Made by a program: the position numbers and the translations under genes. Below, piece by piece: positions 46,683 through 56,427 of a stretch of 64,000 nt of DNA; within the stretch, counting starts at the first letter, position 1; each line of letters opens with the position of its first letter. The notes under the pieces were generated by a model that saw nothing but the letters and a program-made list of their open reading frames with translations, was not told where the DNA came from and did no database searches. The stretch lies in sequence record MN871449.1, one strand, 5' to 3'.

Positions 46683-48242
46683 TTAGTTGAGTACGAAATC
46701 GTTGAGTTGGTCGTTAGTCTGGAACCAAGCTGCACCCCCACCCTGTCCTGCGGTCTGGGCACCTGGTTTTTTCATCGATTGGTCTTCGGTGTAAATGTCA
46801 TCAGGAATCCCAATGTCCGTAAAGCGGTAGGTACAACGTTGATCCTGAATTGGTGTGTTATCTACCCCACGGTGTTTACCGCGCCCCAAGTTTAAATACG
46901 CGACGCCATCGACAATTTGTTTTTGGATATTGACTTCAAAGTCTACTTCCTGAGCGATGGTTTTACATTCGTTATAGTAAGCTCGGTTAAGTATCTCATT
47001 AAGGAACTGCCCAGGGCGATCACGTTCGATGCTCAAGGCTTCAGTTGACAACTGGTGAGGCGTGATAAACAGAACATGACGCATGACCATAAAGTTACGG
47101 GTGCGTTTAAACATGGCTTGTTTCTCACGTCCAGTGATTCCACCGTTATCAAAACCTTTACTGGACATCATCGCCAAATAGTCGAACGTCATGACGACAA
47201 TTTCGTAACCGTCTGCTTCGAGACCTAACGTCAACGATTGCAGTGAAGAGAAAGTGAATTCATCCGGGTTAATGCGGAACATCAAGAAATGCCAACCATT
47301 CTCGGCAAACTTCTCTTTCATGAACTGTGCTGCAATATTAGGATCAATTTCGTTCTTCTTAATCTGACGTCCTAACGTCGGTTCAACACATTGCTTATAC
47401 ATGGTTTGCATGTTGATCGGCAGGTCGTTCTCAGACGATATCAGTACGATTGCCGGTTTCTTCGTCGGGTCTTTTAATTTAGGGATATTATAAAGTGCTG
47501 CGCCCCGAGTCATCATCATTGTCAGACCCGATTTGAAATGGTGTTGTAAACCACCGACTAAAACCATCTCACCACGACGACCACCCATTTGCTCACCAAA
47601 CATCCGATTGAGTCCCTGAAGACCAAACTTGATAATCTCGTCCGGAGAGATCTGATCACGAGCTCGAGTGAAGATTGCTTTCAGGGATTCTTCATCGTTG
47701 AAGTCAACGAAATCCATAACGCCTGGCGTATGTTCAGGCTTATCGCTTTTATCGTGCGCATAACCTTCAAAATGTGTGATCATGCTTCTGGCGACTTCGT
47801 TCAGCTGAAATTCTCCGTCGCCGTAAAGCACATCTTTACTGAATTCCTGGAAGCGTTTGCGAAACTCTGCTTTACGTATGACGTCGTTTAACTCCTGAAT
47901 CAGGAGACGACAATGGTTTTTGATGGCGGCTTCATCTAAGTGTAAATCGAGTGCTCCTTCAACAATGTCGACAACGTAAGGTTCATCCGCTGCAATCATT
48001 CTGACGTTCTGTACAATGAGTTCTCTATTCTTACAAAGATCCTGACGTGACGTCATCTTAAGAATGAGAACTTGTAACCCTTCGTAAATTTCTTTTACTC
48101 TGTCATTGTCGGTGGAGTTTTTACCGGGGTTAGCATACTGCATGATATTCTTGACGAGTGCCTTACTATCGCTTCCTGAACTAATCTGGTTTTCCCAGAA
48201 CAACAGCGCCAAGGCGTTCACAATCGTCATTTTATAATTCAT
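46683..48242 (-). CDS. dnaB: DnaB-like replicative helicase (phiKZ gp118-like)
   Basis: GGRRGEMVLVGGLQHHFKS (variant Walker A), ISSEN, TFDYLAMM, ITPHQLS, GKHRG; divergent from the capsid operon as in phiKZ-like phages. Confidence 0.85.
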   Translation of the reverse strand: MNYKMTIVNALALLFWENQISSGSDSKALVKNIMQYANPGKNSTDNDRVKEIYEGLQVLILKMTSRQDLCKNRELIVQNVRMIAADEPYVVDIVEGALDLHLDEAAIKNHCRLLIQELNDVIRKAEFRKRFQEFSKDVLYGDGEFQLNEVARSMITHFEGYAHDKSDKPEHTPGVMDFVDFNDEESLKAIFTRARDQISPDEIIKFGLQGLNRMFGEQMGGRRGEMVLVGGLQHHFKSGLTMMMTRGAALYNIPKLKDPTKKPAIVLISSENDLPINMQTMYKQCVEPTLGRQIKKNEIDPNIAAQFMKEKFAENGWHFLMFRINPDEFTFSSLQSLTLGLEADGYEIVVMTFDYLAMMSSKGFDNGGITGREKQAMFKRTRNFMVMRHVLFITPHQLSTEALSIERDRPGQFLNEILNRAYYNECKTIAQEVDFEVNIQKQIVDGVAYLNLGRGKHRGVDNTPIQDQRCTYRFTDIGIPDDIYTEDQSMKKPGAQTAGQGGGAAWFQTNDQLNDFVLN

Positions 48243-48299
48243 GGTTCCATCTCACTCAAATTTTATGTTAAAAAATATTTTTCACCCACAGGGGCCGTT

Positions 48300-48860
48300 A
48301 TGAAGATCACACCAATAAAACGTCTTCGTGTCGCGGTGGTTCCGAGTTGGTTGGATGAGGTAGTCACCGCATCCCCGGACCTCAGCTATCAAGATCTTCT
48401 TTGCTTTTCTAAATTGTTGGAGACGAAGTCTTCTATATTATCAGAGGAGCAAGTCATTATTTATGCGCTGACGCAGAATTTCGTGAATGCCTTCACGGAT
48501 CGCGCTTTCGAAGATATTCCTTCTATTGCTTCGACCGATGCCAACGCACTGTTCCTCGCCGATCGCAGTAAAAAGGTTGAGAACGTGCGTATCTCTGTTA
48601 ATGTGTCAGACGCTCTAGCCGAAAAGAACGAATCGCCGCTCTCATTCCAGGCAACGGGTTTGATGGCGAAAGAGTATTACCTGCCGTTACTGGTGGATTC
48701 CGATACATTAGTTCTTATAGGGAGCCGTGTCCCGGTTTTTCAGGATGAGCGTGCTTTCTTCAATGCTTTATTGGAAACCGTCGGTGGTAAATTGGAGTAC
48801 GGGGAATTCAAACAATACGAATTCTTTAAACGTTACCTTCGTGTAGCGGTATCCGGCTAA
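48300..48860 (+). CDS. Head-associated protein (phiKZ gp119-like position)
   Basis: ORF immediately upstream of the major capsid gene; synteny. Confidence 0.65.
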   Translation: MKITPIKRLRVAVVPSWLDEVVTASPDLSYQDLLCFSKLLETKSSILSEEQVIIYALTQNFVNAFTDRAFEDIPSIASTDANALFLADRSKKVENVRISVNVSDALAEKNESPLSFQATGLMAKEYYLPLLVDSDTLVLIGSRVPVFQDERAFFNALLETVGGKLEYGEFKQYEFFKRYLRVAVSG

Positions 48861-48974
48861 TTGTAGTATATTATGAAACATTACTGCATTCGTGTTTATT
48901 GAATCATATGACAATTTCTTGACAGCGCTGTCGAGAGAGTTTCTAAAATAACGTTATTAAAGGAACGTAATAAA

Positions 48975-51260
48975 ATGGCACGTCCTAAAAAAGGTCTACT
49001 GGGCGCCGGCGCTGCTGGTGCTATTAAATCACTGGTCGACAGCGTTCGCCAGTCCGTTGAAAAGAACCACACCCTGCTGCCGCAGGGCGCTGCCGCTGGT
49101 GTCATGTCTGTTGCGCTGGAAAGCTACGGTGAACTGGGCGTAAACCCGGAAGAAGTAGAATCCACCCTGGAAGCGGTCAAAGAGTCCCTGAACGACGCGG
49201 TCGATCAGATCAGCTCCATCACCGAATCTGCTGATGCAGTAGACGGCGAAGGCGAAGGCTTTGTTGACGGCGGTGAAGAACTGCGTGAACACCAGAAAGA
49301 AGTTGCGGTTGAAGCAGCTGCTGTCCTGGCGATGTCTCACAACGCACCGCGCGCTTACTACCGTGACGGTTACAGCATTCCGTCCTTTGAAAACGACGTT
49401 CGTGTTAACGAATTCGTTTCTGCGGGTGCTAACGGTTCCATTGCGACCCTGCCGGCCGGTTCCCTGCCGTCTCTGGAATCTTTCGACGAGAAAGAAACCG
49501 AAAAATGGCGTGAACACTCCTACGCGATCAACATGATCGTAGCGAAACAGCACGAGTTCGCTGAACTGTTCTATCGCACCTATATCGTGACCCCGGACCA
49601 GGCTGGCTTCCAGCTGTCTATCCGTCGTAACATGGTGTGGGAAGGCTGGACCGGTGAAGGTCTGGGCGGCGAGAAACAAGAAATCATCAAGCGTAACATC
49701 CTGCAGGGCCTGCTGGATTACACCACTCTGGAAACCAACAGCACTGAGCTGATCCCGGTTATCCAGTCTGGCGAAAACGACGACCAGTTCATCGCCCCGT
49801 CGGTTCTGGCTGCGCAGACCGTGAAACAGGGTAAAGACACCTTCGATACCAACTTCCTGAAATTCAGCGAAAACGGCGAAGGCTTCAACCTGCTGATGCT
49901 GGCGCAAACGCCGTCCCGTCTGAAAAAAGGTTCCATGACCTTTACCGACTCCCTGGACAGCCGTATTGCCCTGAAACAACTGCTGGTCTCCGTCACCAAA
50001 GGCGGCACCACTGAACTGCTGGCGCTGGACGTTAACCAGAACCAGTACGCTGCGTACACCGCGACCCGCGAATACAACTTCCGTCAGATGCAGCTGAAAT
50101 TCCATACCGCTATCGGTCTGGGCGATCAGACTCGTCTGGTGAACGGCGCTGAATCTACAATCTTCGGTTCTCTGTTCGATCAGGGTTATCGCGTTGAGCT
50201 GGACGTGAAAATCGACGGCGAAATGAACGTTGAAAACGGTAACGGCGACACCTCTCTGCGTTCTCTGCGCGTTGCTCGCGTCTTCGACAAAGACGGTAAA
50301 GAAATCGCGCTGACCGATTCGCGCGTTGCTGCGGTACTGTCCGGTCTGGAAGTGAAAGGCGAAGGCTATAGCCTGGAAGCTCGTCTGACCAACATCAACC
50401 AGCTGGAAATGGGTCTGCTGATTGACTCCGACGTACAGAAACAAGGTTTCATGATCCCGACTCTGCCGCCGCTGGTTATCGTTAAACCGGCCATGGTTGA
50501 AGACGACAAAACCTATCCGCGCCTGGAAGCTCTGACCACCGCGTATCGTATCCAGATGCGTAACAACGCCGTAACCACCCTGCTGAACCGCGCAGACACC
50601 CTGAAGTCCTATCTGGGCGTTGGCGTTCCGCACCCGATCGAGTCCAACCTGGGTCTGGAAGGTGTTGGTCAGTACTACGTGCGTCCGTACTTCAACGAAG
50701 CGACCATCGATGTTCTGAACGATCTGAACAGCCTGACCTCTGCTGCAAAACAGAGCGATATTCAGGGCCTGATCGTGTCCAAGATCAACGAAATGGTTTA
50801 CACCGCAGATCAGCTGACCGGTTACACCGCTGCTCTGGAAGCTGCCTTCTCTGGCCGTTCTCCGAAGCCGCACGTAGCTATCGGTACTGACATGCGTCTG
50901 CCGCAGTACATCCAGATCAACGGCGACGACCGCACCGTGGGTATCGGTTACGATTACACCATCGCGCGTATCTCCGATCTGCGTATGAAAGACAAGATCG
51001 TCATGACTTTCATCCTGCCGAACGAGTCTGAACCGCATCCGCTGCAGCACGGCGTTCTGGGCTTCATCCCGGAATACCTGGTTGATTTCAACATGATCCG
51101 TAACCAACGTATCGGTAAAGAAATCCGCCTGACTCCGCGCTACCGCTATTTCAACTTCCTGCCGATCATGCTGGTCATCAACGTGATCAACCTGGAAGAA
51201 GCGATCGCACAGCGTACCTCGCTCGACGTTAACGAAACTCAGGTTGTTCCTGCGTCCTAA
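48975..51260 (+). CDS. Major capsid protein precursor (phiKZ gp120-like)
   Basis: 761 aa, extreme high-expression codon bias, propeptide ending ...PSLESFDEKE, AKQHEFAELFYRT motif, strong terminator after it. Confidence 0.93.
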   Translation: MARPKKGLLGAGAAGAIKSLVDSVRQSVEKNHTLLPQGAAAGVMSVALESYGELGVNPEEVESTLEAVKESLNDAVDQISSITESADAVDGEGEGFVDGGEELREHQKEVAVEAAAVLAMSHNAPRAYYRDGYSIPSFENDVRVNEFVSAGANGSIATLPAGSLPSLESFDEKETEKWREHSYAINMIVAKQHEFAELFYRTYIVTPDQAGFQLSIRRNMVWEGWTGEGLGGEKQEIIKRNILQGLLDYTTLETNSTELIPVIQSGENDDQFIAPSVLAAQTVKQGKDTFDTNFLKFSENGEGFNLLMLAQTPSRLKKGSMTFTDSLDSRIALKQLLVSVTKGGTTELLALDVNQNQYAAYTATREYNFRQMQLKFHTAIGLGDQTRLVNGAESTIFGSLFDQGYRVELDVKIDGEMNVENGNGDTSLRSLRVARVFDKDGKEIALTDSRVAAVLSGLEVKGEGYSLEARLTNINQLEMGLLIDSDVQKQGFMIPTLPPLVIVKPAMVEDDKTYPRLEALTTAYRIQMRNNAVTTLLNRADTLKSYLGVGVPHPIESNLGLEGVGQYYVRPYFNEATIDVLNDLNSLTSAAKQSDIQGLIVSKINEMVYTADQLTGYTAALEAAFSGRSPKPHVAIGTDMRLPQYIQINGDDRTVGIGYDYTIARISDLRMKDKIVMTFILPNESEPHPLQHGVLGFIPEYLVDFNMIRNQRIGKEIRLTPRYRYFNFLPIMLVINVINLEEAIAQRTSLDVNETQVVPAS

Positions 51261-51293
51261 GTTAACGCGCGTAAGTTAGTTGACTAACTCTTA

Positions 51294-51325
51294 GCCCAGT
51301 CTCCCGCTTCGGCGGGAGACTGGGT
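51294..51325 (+). terminator. Terminator hairpin after the capsid gene
   Basis: GCCCAGTCTCCCGC-TTCG-GCGGGAGACTGGGT. Confidence 0.8.
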
Positions 51326-51454
51326 CTATGTCCGTCAAATCGAAAAATGTTCAGACCTATATTACCTTATTGAGAGTGTATAGAAGGATCCTTGAGAAAG
51401 ATCCAAACTGACCGGAACGAAAGTTCCATTTCAATTCACTAACAGGAAGTACGG

Positions 51455-52453
51455 ATGGTCTATAAGAGAGATAATCCTCGAAAAGAAAAGATGCCCCATG
51501 AGTTTCTAGTGATGGCAAATGATTACCGTACAGGGAATTGTGATTTATCCGTTACCATGGAGATCACTAACAACTATCGGTACGATCTTGCTGTACAGAA
51601 ATCCGATGGGACTGACAATGTTGTATTTTCTCACGGAACGGCAAAGTTACGTGGGTATTTGATCATCCACCTTACCGTACTCTATTGCACTGATACGGTC
51701 AATATTGACGACCCGAAGAATAATTATGCTGAGGCGAGCTTCGGCCTTTATGATGCTGTCAAAGGTAACTGCATGGTGCACTTTGACGAGGACCTACGTT
51801 GTTCGAGAAACCATTACAAATACCGTATGGTGTTCTTGATAGACGAAAGCGATTTCGATACGTTAGGGTCGGAGATTAGCGTCCCGGGTTTAGGGATGCG
51901 GATTTCTAAAGCGTCATTGGTTGATCGTGAAGAAACCATTCACGATATTGTCCAGGATGATATCGGGTGTAAAATCAGTAAGGTGTCAGGTATTGTCGTG
52001 AGTGCTGTCGACAAAGAACGATTTGTCGAAGGGCTTTATTATACCATCGGTAACCAGGTATTGAAAGTCAATATCTCTCGTGCGTCTAACGAGCCCGATG
52101 GCGTCACTGTTCAAAACTACGGCAAAATTAAGGAGGGACTTCGCTTATTAGCGACCAAAAGCTTCTTTTCTTTCGAAGATGCAATATCGGGAAACAATCC
52201 GTTAGGGATTAAGTTCCATACGTCCCGAGAAGCAGCTTTGAAAGAACTTGAGATGGAAAAGGCGTCGTTAAAGGAAGGGAAGCAAAGCGAAGATAAAGAG
52301 AAGAAAGCGAAAGTGGTCTCAGCCTGGATTAAAGCCGGCGGAGAATTTATTAAATCCATTCTACCGACTATGATGAAAGCCGGAAAATGGTTACTGTCTT
52401 TCTTGACGAAGAAGGCGGTGTTGGGTGCGACCGCGGCCGCGGTTGTGTTATAG
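51455..52453 (+). CDS. Conserved hypothetical protein (phiKZ gp122-like position)
   Basis: 332-aa ORF with an amphipathic/hydrophobic C-terminus, between the capsid gene and the nvRNAP subunit. Confidence 0.65.
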   Translation: MVYKRDNPRKEKMPHEFLVMANDYRTGNCDLSVTMEITNNYRYDLAVQKSDGTDNVVFSHGTAKLRGYLIIHLTVLYCTDTVNIDDPKNNYAEASFGLYDAVKGNCMVHFDEDLRCSRNHYKYRMVFLIDESDFDTLGSEISVPGLGMRISKASLVDREETIHDIVQDDIGCKISKVSGIVVSAVDKERFVEGLYYTIGNQVLKVNISRASNEPDGVTVQNYGKIKEGLRLLATKSFFSFEDAISGNNPLGIKFHTSREAALKELEMEKASLKEGKQSEDKEKKAKVVSAWIKAGGEFIKSILPTMMKAGKWLLSFLTKKAVLGATAAAVVL

Positions 52454-52476
52454 TTGATTGAAATAAGGATGCATGT

Positions 52477-54093
52477 GTGGCTGATATAGCATTGTTTAAT
52501 GACATTGTTGAACCGTTACCCAAGTTCAACAAAGACATTGCCGGTGGATTTGCTGTTAAGGATTTAGAGGATGCCGAACAGTATATCGATCGAATTGCGC
52601 ATTGTGCGGCACAGGACTTTCCTCCCGATGTCGAATACCTGGGGATGCGTAGACTGACGCCCTACGAAGAGTCTCAGGCGATCATTAAAGGGAATGAAAA
52701 GGCGGAACGTCGCGGGGAAGTTGATATTGCGCAAACTGACGCGGTGATGTCGGAAATGAAACTGCGTTTTCAGAAAATCCACATCCTACCACGGAACATC
52801 AATATTCCGTTTGTCAGGGAAGCAGGGACGTTATGGTTAGGCGGCTCACGTGCAACAATTCATCCGATCCTGGCGGATTTGGTTTTCTCGGTAGCCGGGA
52901 ATGATTTGTTCACGATCCTCTTCCGAGCGAAGTTCACTTTGAAACGGAGTATTTACAGTGTCCTACAAGACGGCGAATCAATCCCGTCCTTTGTAGTCTA
53001 CGGAAATATCTATCAAGGTAAAACAGGGAACGAAGGGAAGAAATCGTCGTTTAATTCGACGCTGGGTCATTACCTGTTCTGTAAGTATGGCGTAACGGAA
53101 ACCTTTAAACGTTTCTACGACATTGACGTCGTGATCGAAGAGAACCGTCACAACTTACGTGAGGATTACCCAGAGCAAGACTACGTGATCTTTACCACGC
53201 AAGGGTTACCGCCGCCGGAACGCCGCCGCGCAATCAGCGATTGGAAACCCACGAACCTGGCGTTGATCATTCCGCGTGAAGCGGTGTTGAACAACATAGG
53301 TGTTCAGTTACTGGCGACGCATTTCTTCTACGTCGTCGATCGTTACCCGCAACGCTTCAATTTGCAGTACATCGATATGCCAGACACGTGGCGCATTATC
53401 ATGGGTTTTATTCTGCATCAGGGGAACGAGAACGAAGGGAAACTGCTCAACAAGGTTGATCTCCATCTTAAGTCGCTCGACTCTTACGTCGATGGCGAGA
53501 CGAAGAAAAATCTTCGTCAAGAAGGGATCATGGCCAATGACCTTTACGAGTTGTTTATCCATATCCTTGAAACAATCCAGGATCGACTGAAAGACGATAA
53601 TTCGGGTAACATGTGGGGGAAATATCTCCTGGTGAAACGGTATGCGTTATCGGGCATCACGGAGAGTATCTTTAACTTTACCTGGCAGTTAGAAAAAGAA
53701 CAGAAAACGCTGCGACTGAAGCGGTTAACATGGAAGCTGTCTAGTTTCCTAACCACTAACGCATTCCTCGGTATCCAACGGGGACACGGCGAACTTAACT
53801 CTGTTCAGTACCCAGGCGATAACATGATTTTCAAACATACATGTATCGCTATCCGTCAAGTCAATGCTGTTATCGGTAAAGGTAAGACAAAAAGTTTCAA
53901 ACCTAACGAAACGGCTTACCACCTGCATTCAAGTATCATGGAATGTGGTTCAGTGTGCAACTTTGCGAAAGGTATCCCCGACGGCCGTGGACGTCTAAAC
54001 GTTTACGCCCACACCGACGACGCCGGGAAATTTATTCGTAATCCGAAAAACATTGAACTCCTCGATATGGTACAGCGGGAAATTACCGAATAA
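52477..54093 (+). CDS. Non-virion RNA polymerase beta subunit N-terminal part (phiKZ gp123-like)
   Basis: 538 aa, GTG start, LGHYLFCKYG motif, conserved position downstream of the capsid gene. Confidence 0.75.
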   Translation: MADIALFNDIVEPLPKFNKDIAGGFAVKDLEDAEQYIDRIAHCAAQDFPPDVEYLGMRRLTPYEESQAIIKGNEKAERRGEVDIAQTDAVMSEMKLRFQKIHILPRNINIPFVREAGTLWLGGSRATIHPILADLVFSVAGNDLFTILFRAKFTLKRSIYSVLQDGESIPSFVVYGNIYQGKTGNEGKKSSFNSTLGHYLFCKYGVTETFKRFYDIDVVIEENRHNLREDYPEQDYVIFTTQGLPPPERRRAISDWKPTNLALIIPREAVLNNIGVQLLATHFFYVVDRYPQRFNLQYIDMPDTWRIIMGFILHQGNENEGKLLNKVDLHLKSLDSYVDGETKKNLRQEGIMANDLYELFIHILETIQDRLKDDNSGNMWGKYLLVKRYALSGITESIFNFTWQLEKEQKTLRLKRLTWKLSSFLTTNAFLGIQRGHGELNSVQYPGDNMIFKHTCIAIRQVNAVIGKGKTKSFKPNETAYHLHSSIMECGSVCNFAKGIPDGRGRLNVYAHTDDAGKFIRNPKNIELLDMVQREITE

Positions 54094-54135
54094 ACCATTT
54101 TAAATAATTAACTAATCTCGCAGGAGTAATTCTAC

Positions 54136-56355
54136 ATGTATAACCGTCGTCGTAATGAGATGGATTTTAACGATCGCAACCTGGCTGCTTTCCTGGATGA
54201 ACGCATCAGCGAACTGTCCCGTGACGATCCGTTCTTCGAATACCTTGACGATGCGATTCGTCGCAGTCGTCAGACCCGTGAAAACTTAATCAACTTCGTT
54301 TTCGACTCCATGGAAATGTTAGTTGACCTCCGTAAAGAACCAGATGACCTTTGGGAAGGAGCAATTGAACTCGCCTCATTTTTTGCCGGGGCGCTGATCA
54401 AAGAAGACCGTAGTGTCGATATCCCCGATCGCCGTACAGAAGACGACATGCTGTTTTTGGCTGACAATGCTAATAAACTGCGTCGTGCACTGGAAGAGTA
54501 TGCGGAAGAAGCTGATCGTGGTCGCCGCTTTGGTGACCGTGGACGCGACGACCGCCGTGGTGGTTTTGGTCGTAGCAGTGGCGGCTTCGGCCGTGGGCGC
54601 GAAGAAGAGCGTCGTGGGCGTTATGAAGGCCGTGGTCGTGATGAACGCAGAGGTCGTTACGAAGATCGCGATGATCGTGGACGGAATTCCGGTGGTTTCG
54701 GTTCTCGTCCAGGCCGTTACGAAAGCGCTATCCCTACTCGTGGTCGTGCTGACTCTCGTCGGGAACCTGCGGTAGATATTAATGCTGCCCGTAACAATCG
54801 TCGTCGTGTTAACCCGTATGTCGCCACCGCCCGTATGCGCGAACAAGCAAACGGGAATGAAGTGAATCGTGACGAACGTGACGATTTCGAAATGCCAGAC
54901 CCACGCACCGCGAACGCCGCGCCGGCGTACGAGCGAGTAGAACCGCATGAAGTCACTCGTCCCGCTTCATTCAGTAAAAAGAAAGCCGCGCCGGCTGAAC
55001 CTGCACCGGGTTACTCGTCAAAAGGTAACCGCTTAGCGAATCGTCCTATTACCCGTGAAGACATTGAATCGGGTCTGATCAAATTAGACGATTACGAAGT
55101 GGTCATGTCTATCCCGCTCCATCCGAACGAAGTGAATAACCACCGTCCAATCGCATGGGAAGTGGACTCTGTTCGCCCTGTATGGGACATCACCAGTGAC
55201 GGTTATCGTTACATGGCGTTTGAACCGTTAACCGCTGAAGAGGTAAAAGAAGTGGATCGTAAAATTCACGAACTGAACGTCATCGGCGCAAAAGAAGCCG
55301 ATAATCGTTATCACCCGAAAAACGCCGAGATCCGTAAAGCGATCGCCGGCCCACGTTTTAACGTGAAAGCTAACCGCGAACTTCGTGACCAGGACCGTCA
55401 GGAGTACGAAGCCGTGGTTGCCAGTATCAAGGAAGAAAACAGCGCACTGCCGCCGGAAGAACAGAAAGTGGTTCCTGAAGCCCCGAACGCGGGAACAATC
55501 TCGTTCGAGAATATTCTCCGTTCAGATGAAACGGTGAAGGGGTTCGGTCTGGGTCATATCCGTATGCAGGAAATGTCTCGTACCGAAGAAATGACCAACG
55601 ATCAGAACGGTCACCTGCACACCAACTTCAATGCGTTCCAAACCGCCGCGGAATCCTACGAGCCGATTTACACTTGCGCTACGCCGGAAGAAGCACGGTT
55701 CACGCTGCGTCAACTGGAGATGACGGGTCTCAACTTCAATGACAATATTGAACTGAGCTATATTCAGGATATCCACGATAACCTGAAGCGTGTCATCGAT
55801 CGTGTTCCTGTTGCGCTGGTAGTGGCTGCGAAACGCCATATCGTCGAACTGGTGAACTCTATCTTCCGTCTGGAAATGGGTTGCGGTCTGCGCATTGAAA
55901 GCTTTGAAGATCTGGCGACGTTGGCGGATGACGTCACTAAAGCACGTGGCGCTGAGTTTGCGAAGAAACTGGCTGGCGCGTTCTCGTTCCACCTGGCTAA
56001 CTTCCAGATGTTTAAATTGGGTTCAGGGATTATTGGTGCCGGTGTCAACGAAACCACCGATGCGCGTACCATCTATGTGGTAAAACGTATCAATATGGTT
56101 ATCGCCCCGATGCTGGTTAACGACCTGAAACTGAGAATCAGTGCTGATGCTCAGCCGGGTGAAATCTTCTTCGTGTCCCAAGAAACCTCACCTAAACTGC
56201 ATAACGCGCTGAAAGCCATGAACTTTAATGCCGGTAGCGATATCGCGTGCCTGAACTATATCTGGTTCGCCGATAACAGCTGGTTAGAAGTCCGCAAAGA
56301 TTATCAGGATGCTAAATCCGATAGCTTTGTACTGGCTCTGCGTCGTCAAGACTAA
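54136..56355 (+). CDS. Conserved hypothetical protein with an Arg/Gly/Asp-rich disordered segment
   Basis: 739 aa, AGGAG RBS, RG/RGG-rich tract at about aa 125-200. Confidence 0.8.
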   Translation: MYNRRRNEMDFNDRNLAAFLDERISELSRDDPFFEYLDDAIRRSRQTRENLINFVFDSMEMLVDLRKEPDDLWEGAIELASFFAGALIKEDRSVDIPDRRTEDDMLFLADNANKLRRALEEYAEEADRGRRFGDRGRDDRRGGFGRSSGGFGRGREEERRGRYEGRGRDERRGRYEDRDDRGRNSGGFGSRPGRYESAIPTRGRADSRREPAVDINAARNNRRRVNPYVATARMREQANGNEVNRDERDDFEMPDPRTANAAPAYERVEPHEVTRPASFSKKKAAPAEPAPGYSSKGNRLANRPITREDIESGLIKLDDYEVVMSIPLHPNEVNNHRPIAWEVDSVRPVWDITSDGYRYMAFEPLTAEEVKEVDRKIHELNVIGAKEADNRYHPKNAEIRKAIAGPRFNVKANRELRDQDRQEYEAVVASIKEENSALPPEEQKVVPEAPNAGTISFENILRSDETVKGFGLGHIRMQEMSRTEEMTNDQNGHLHTNFNAFQTAAESYEPIYTCATPEEARFTLRQLEMTGLNFNDNIELSYIQDIHDNLKRVIDRVPVALVVAAKRHIVELVNSIFRLEMGCGLRIESFEDLATLADDVTKARGAEFAKKLAGAFSFHLANFQMFKLGSGIIGAGVNETTDARTIYVVKRINMVIAPMLVNDLKLRISADAQPGEIFFVSQETSPKLHNALKAMNFNAGSDIACLNYIWFADNSWLEVRKDYQDAKSDSFVLALRRQD

Positions 56356-56365
56356 TCGGTAATAA

Positions 56366-56427
56366 CCCTCCCACAGAGAGCTTTCGCTCTCTGTGGGAGG
56401 GAAGAGGGTTTGTGCCCTCTTTTTTTT
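56366..56427. terminator. Tandem bidirectional hairpins plus T-run
   Basis: CCCTCCCACAGAGAGC-TTTC-GCTCTCTGTGGGAGGG, then AAGAGGG/CCCTCTT and a T-run. Confidence 0.8.

Noticed and set aside
49029-51107. 692-aa antisense ORF over the capsid gene
   Set aside because: A shadow ORF caused by extreme codon bias on the sense strand; no RBS or protein-like composition.
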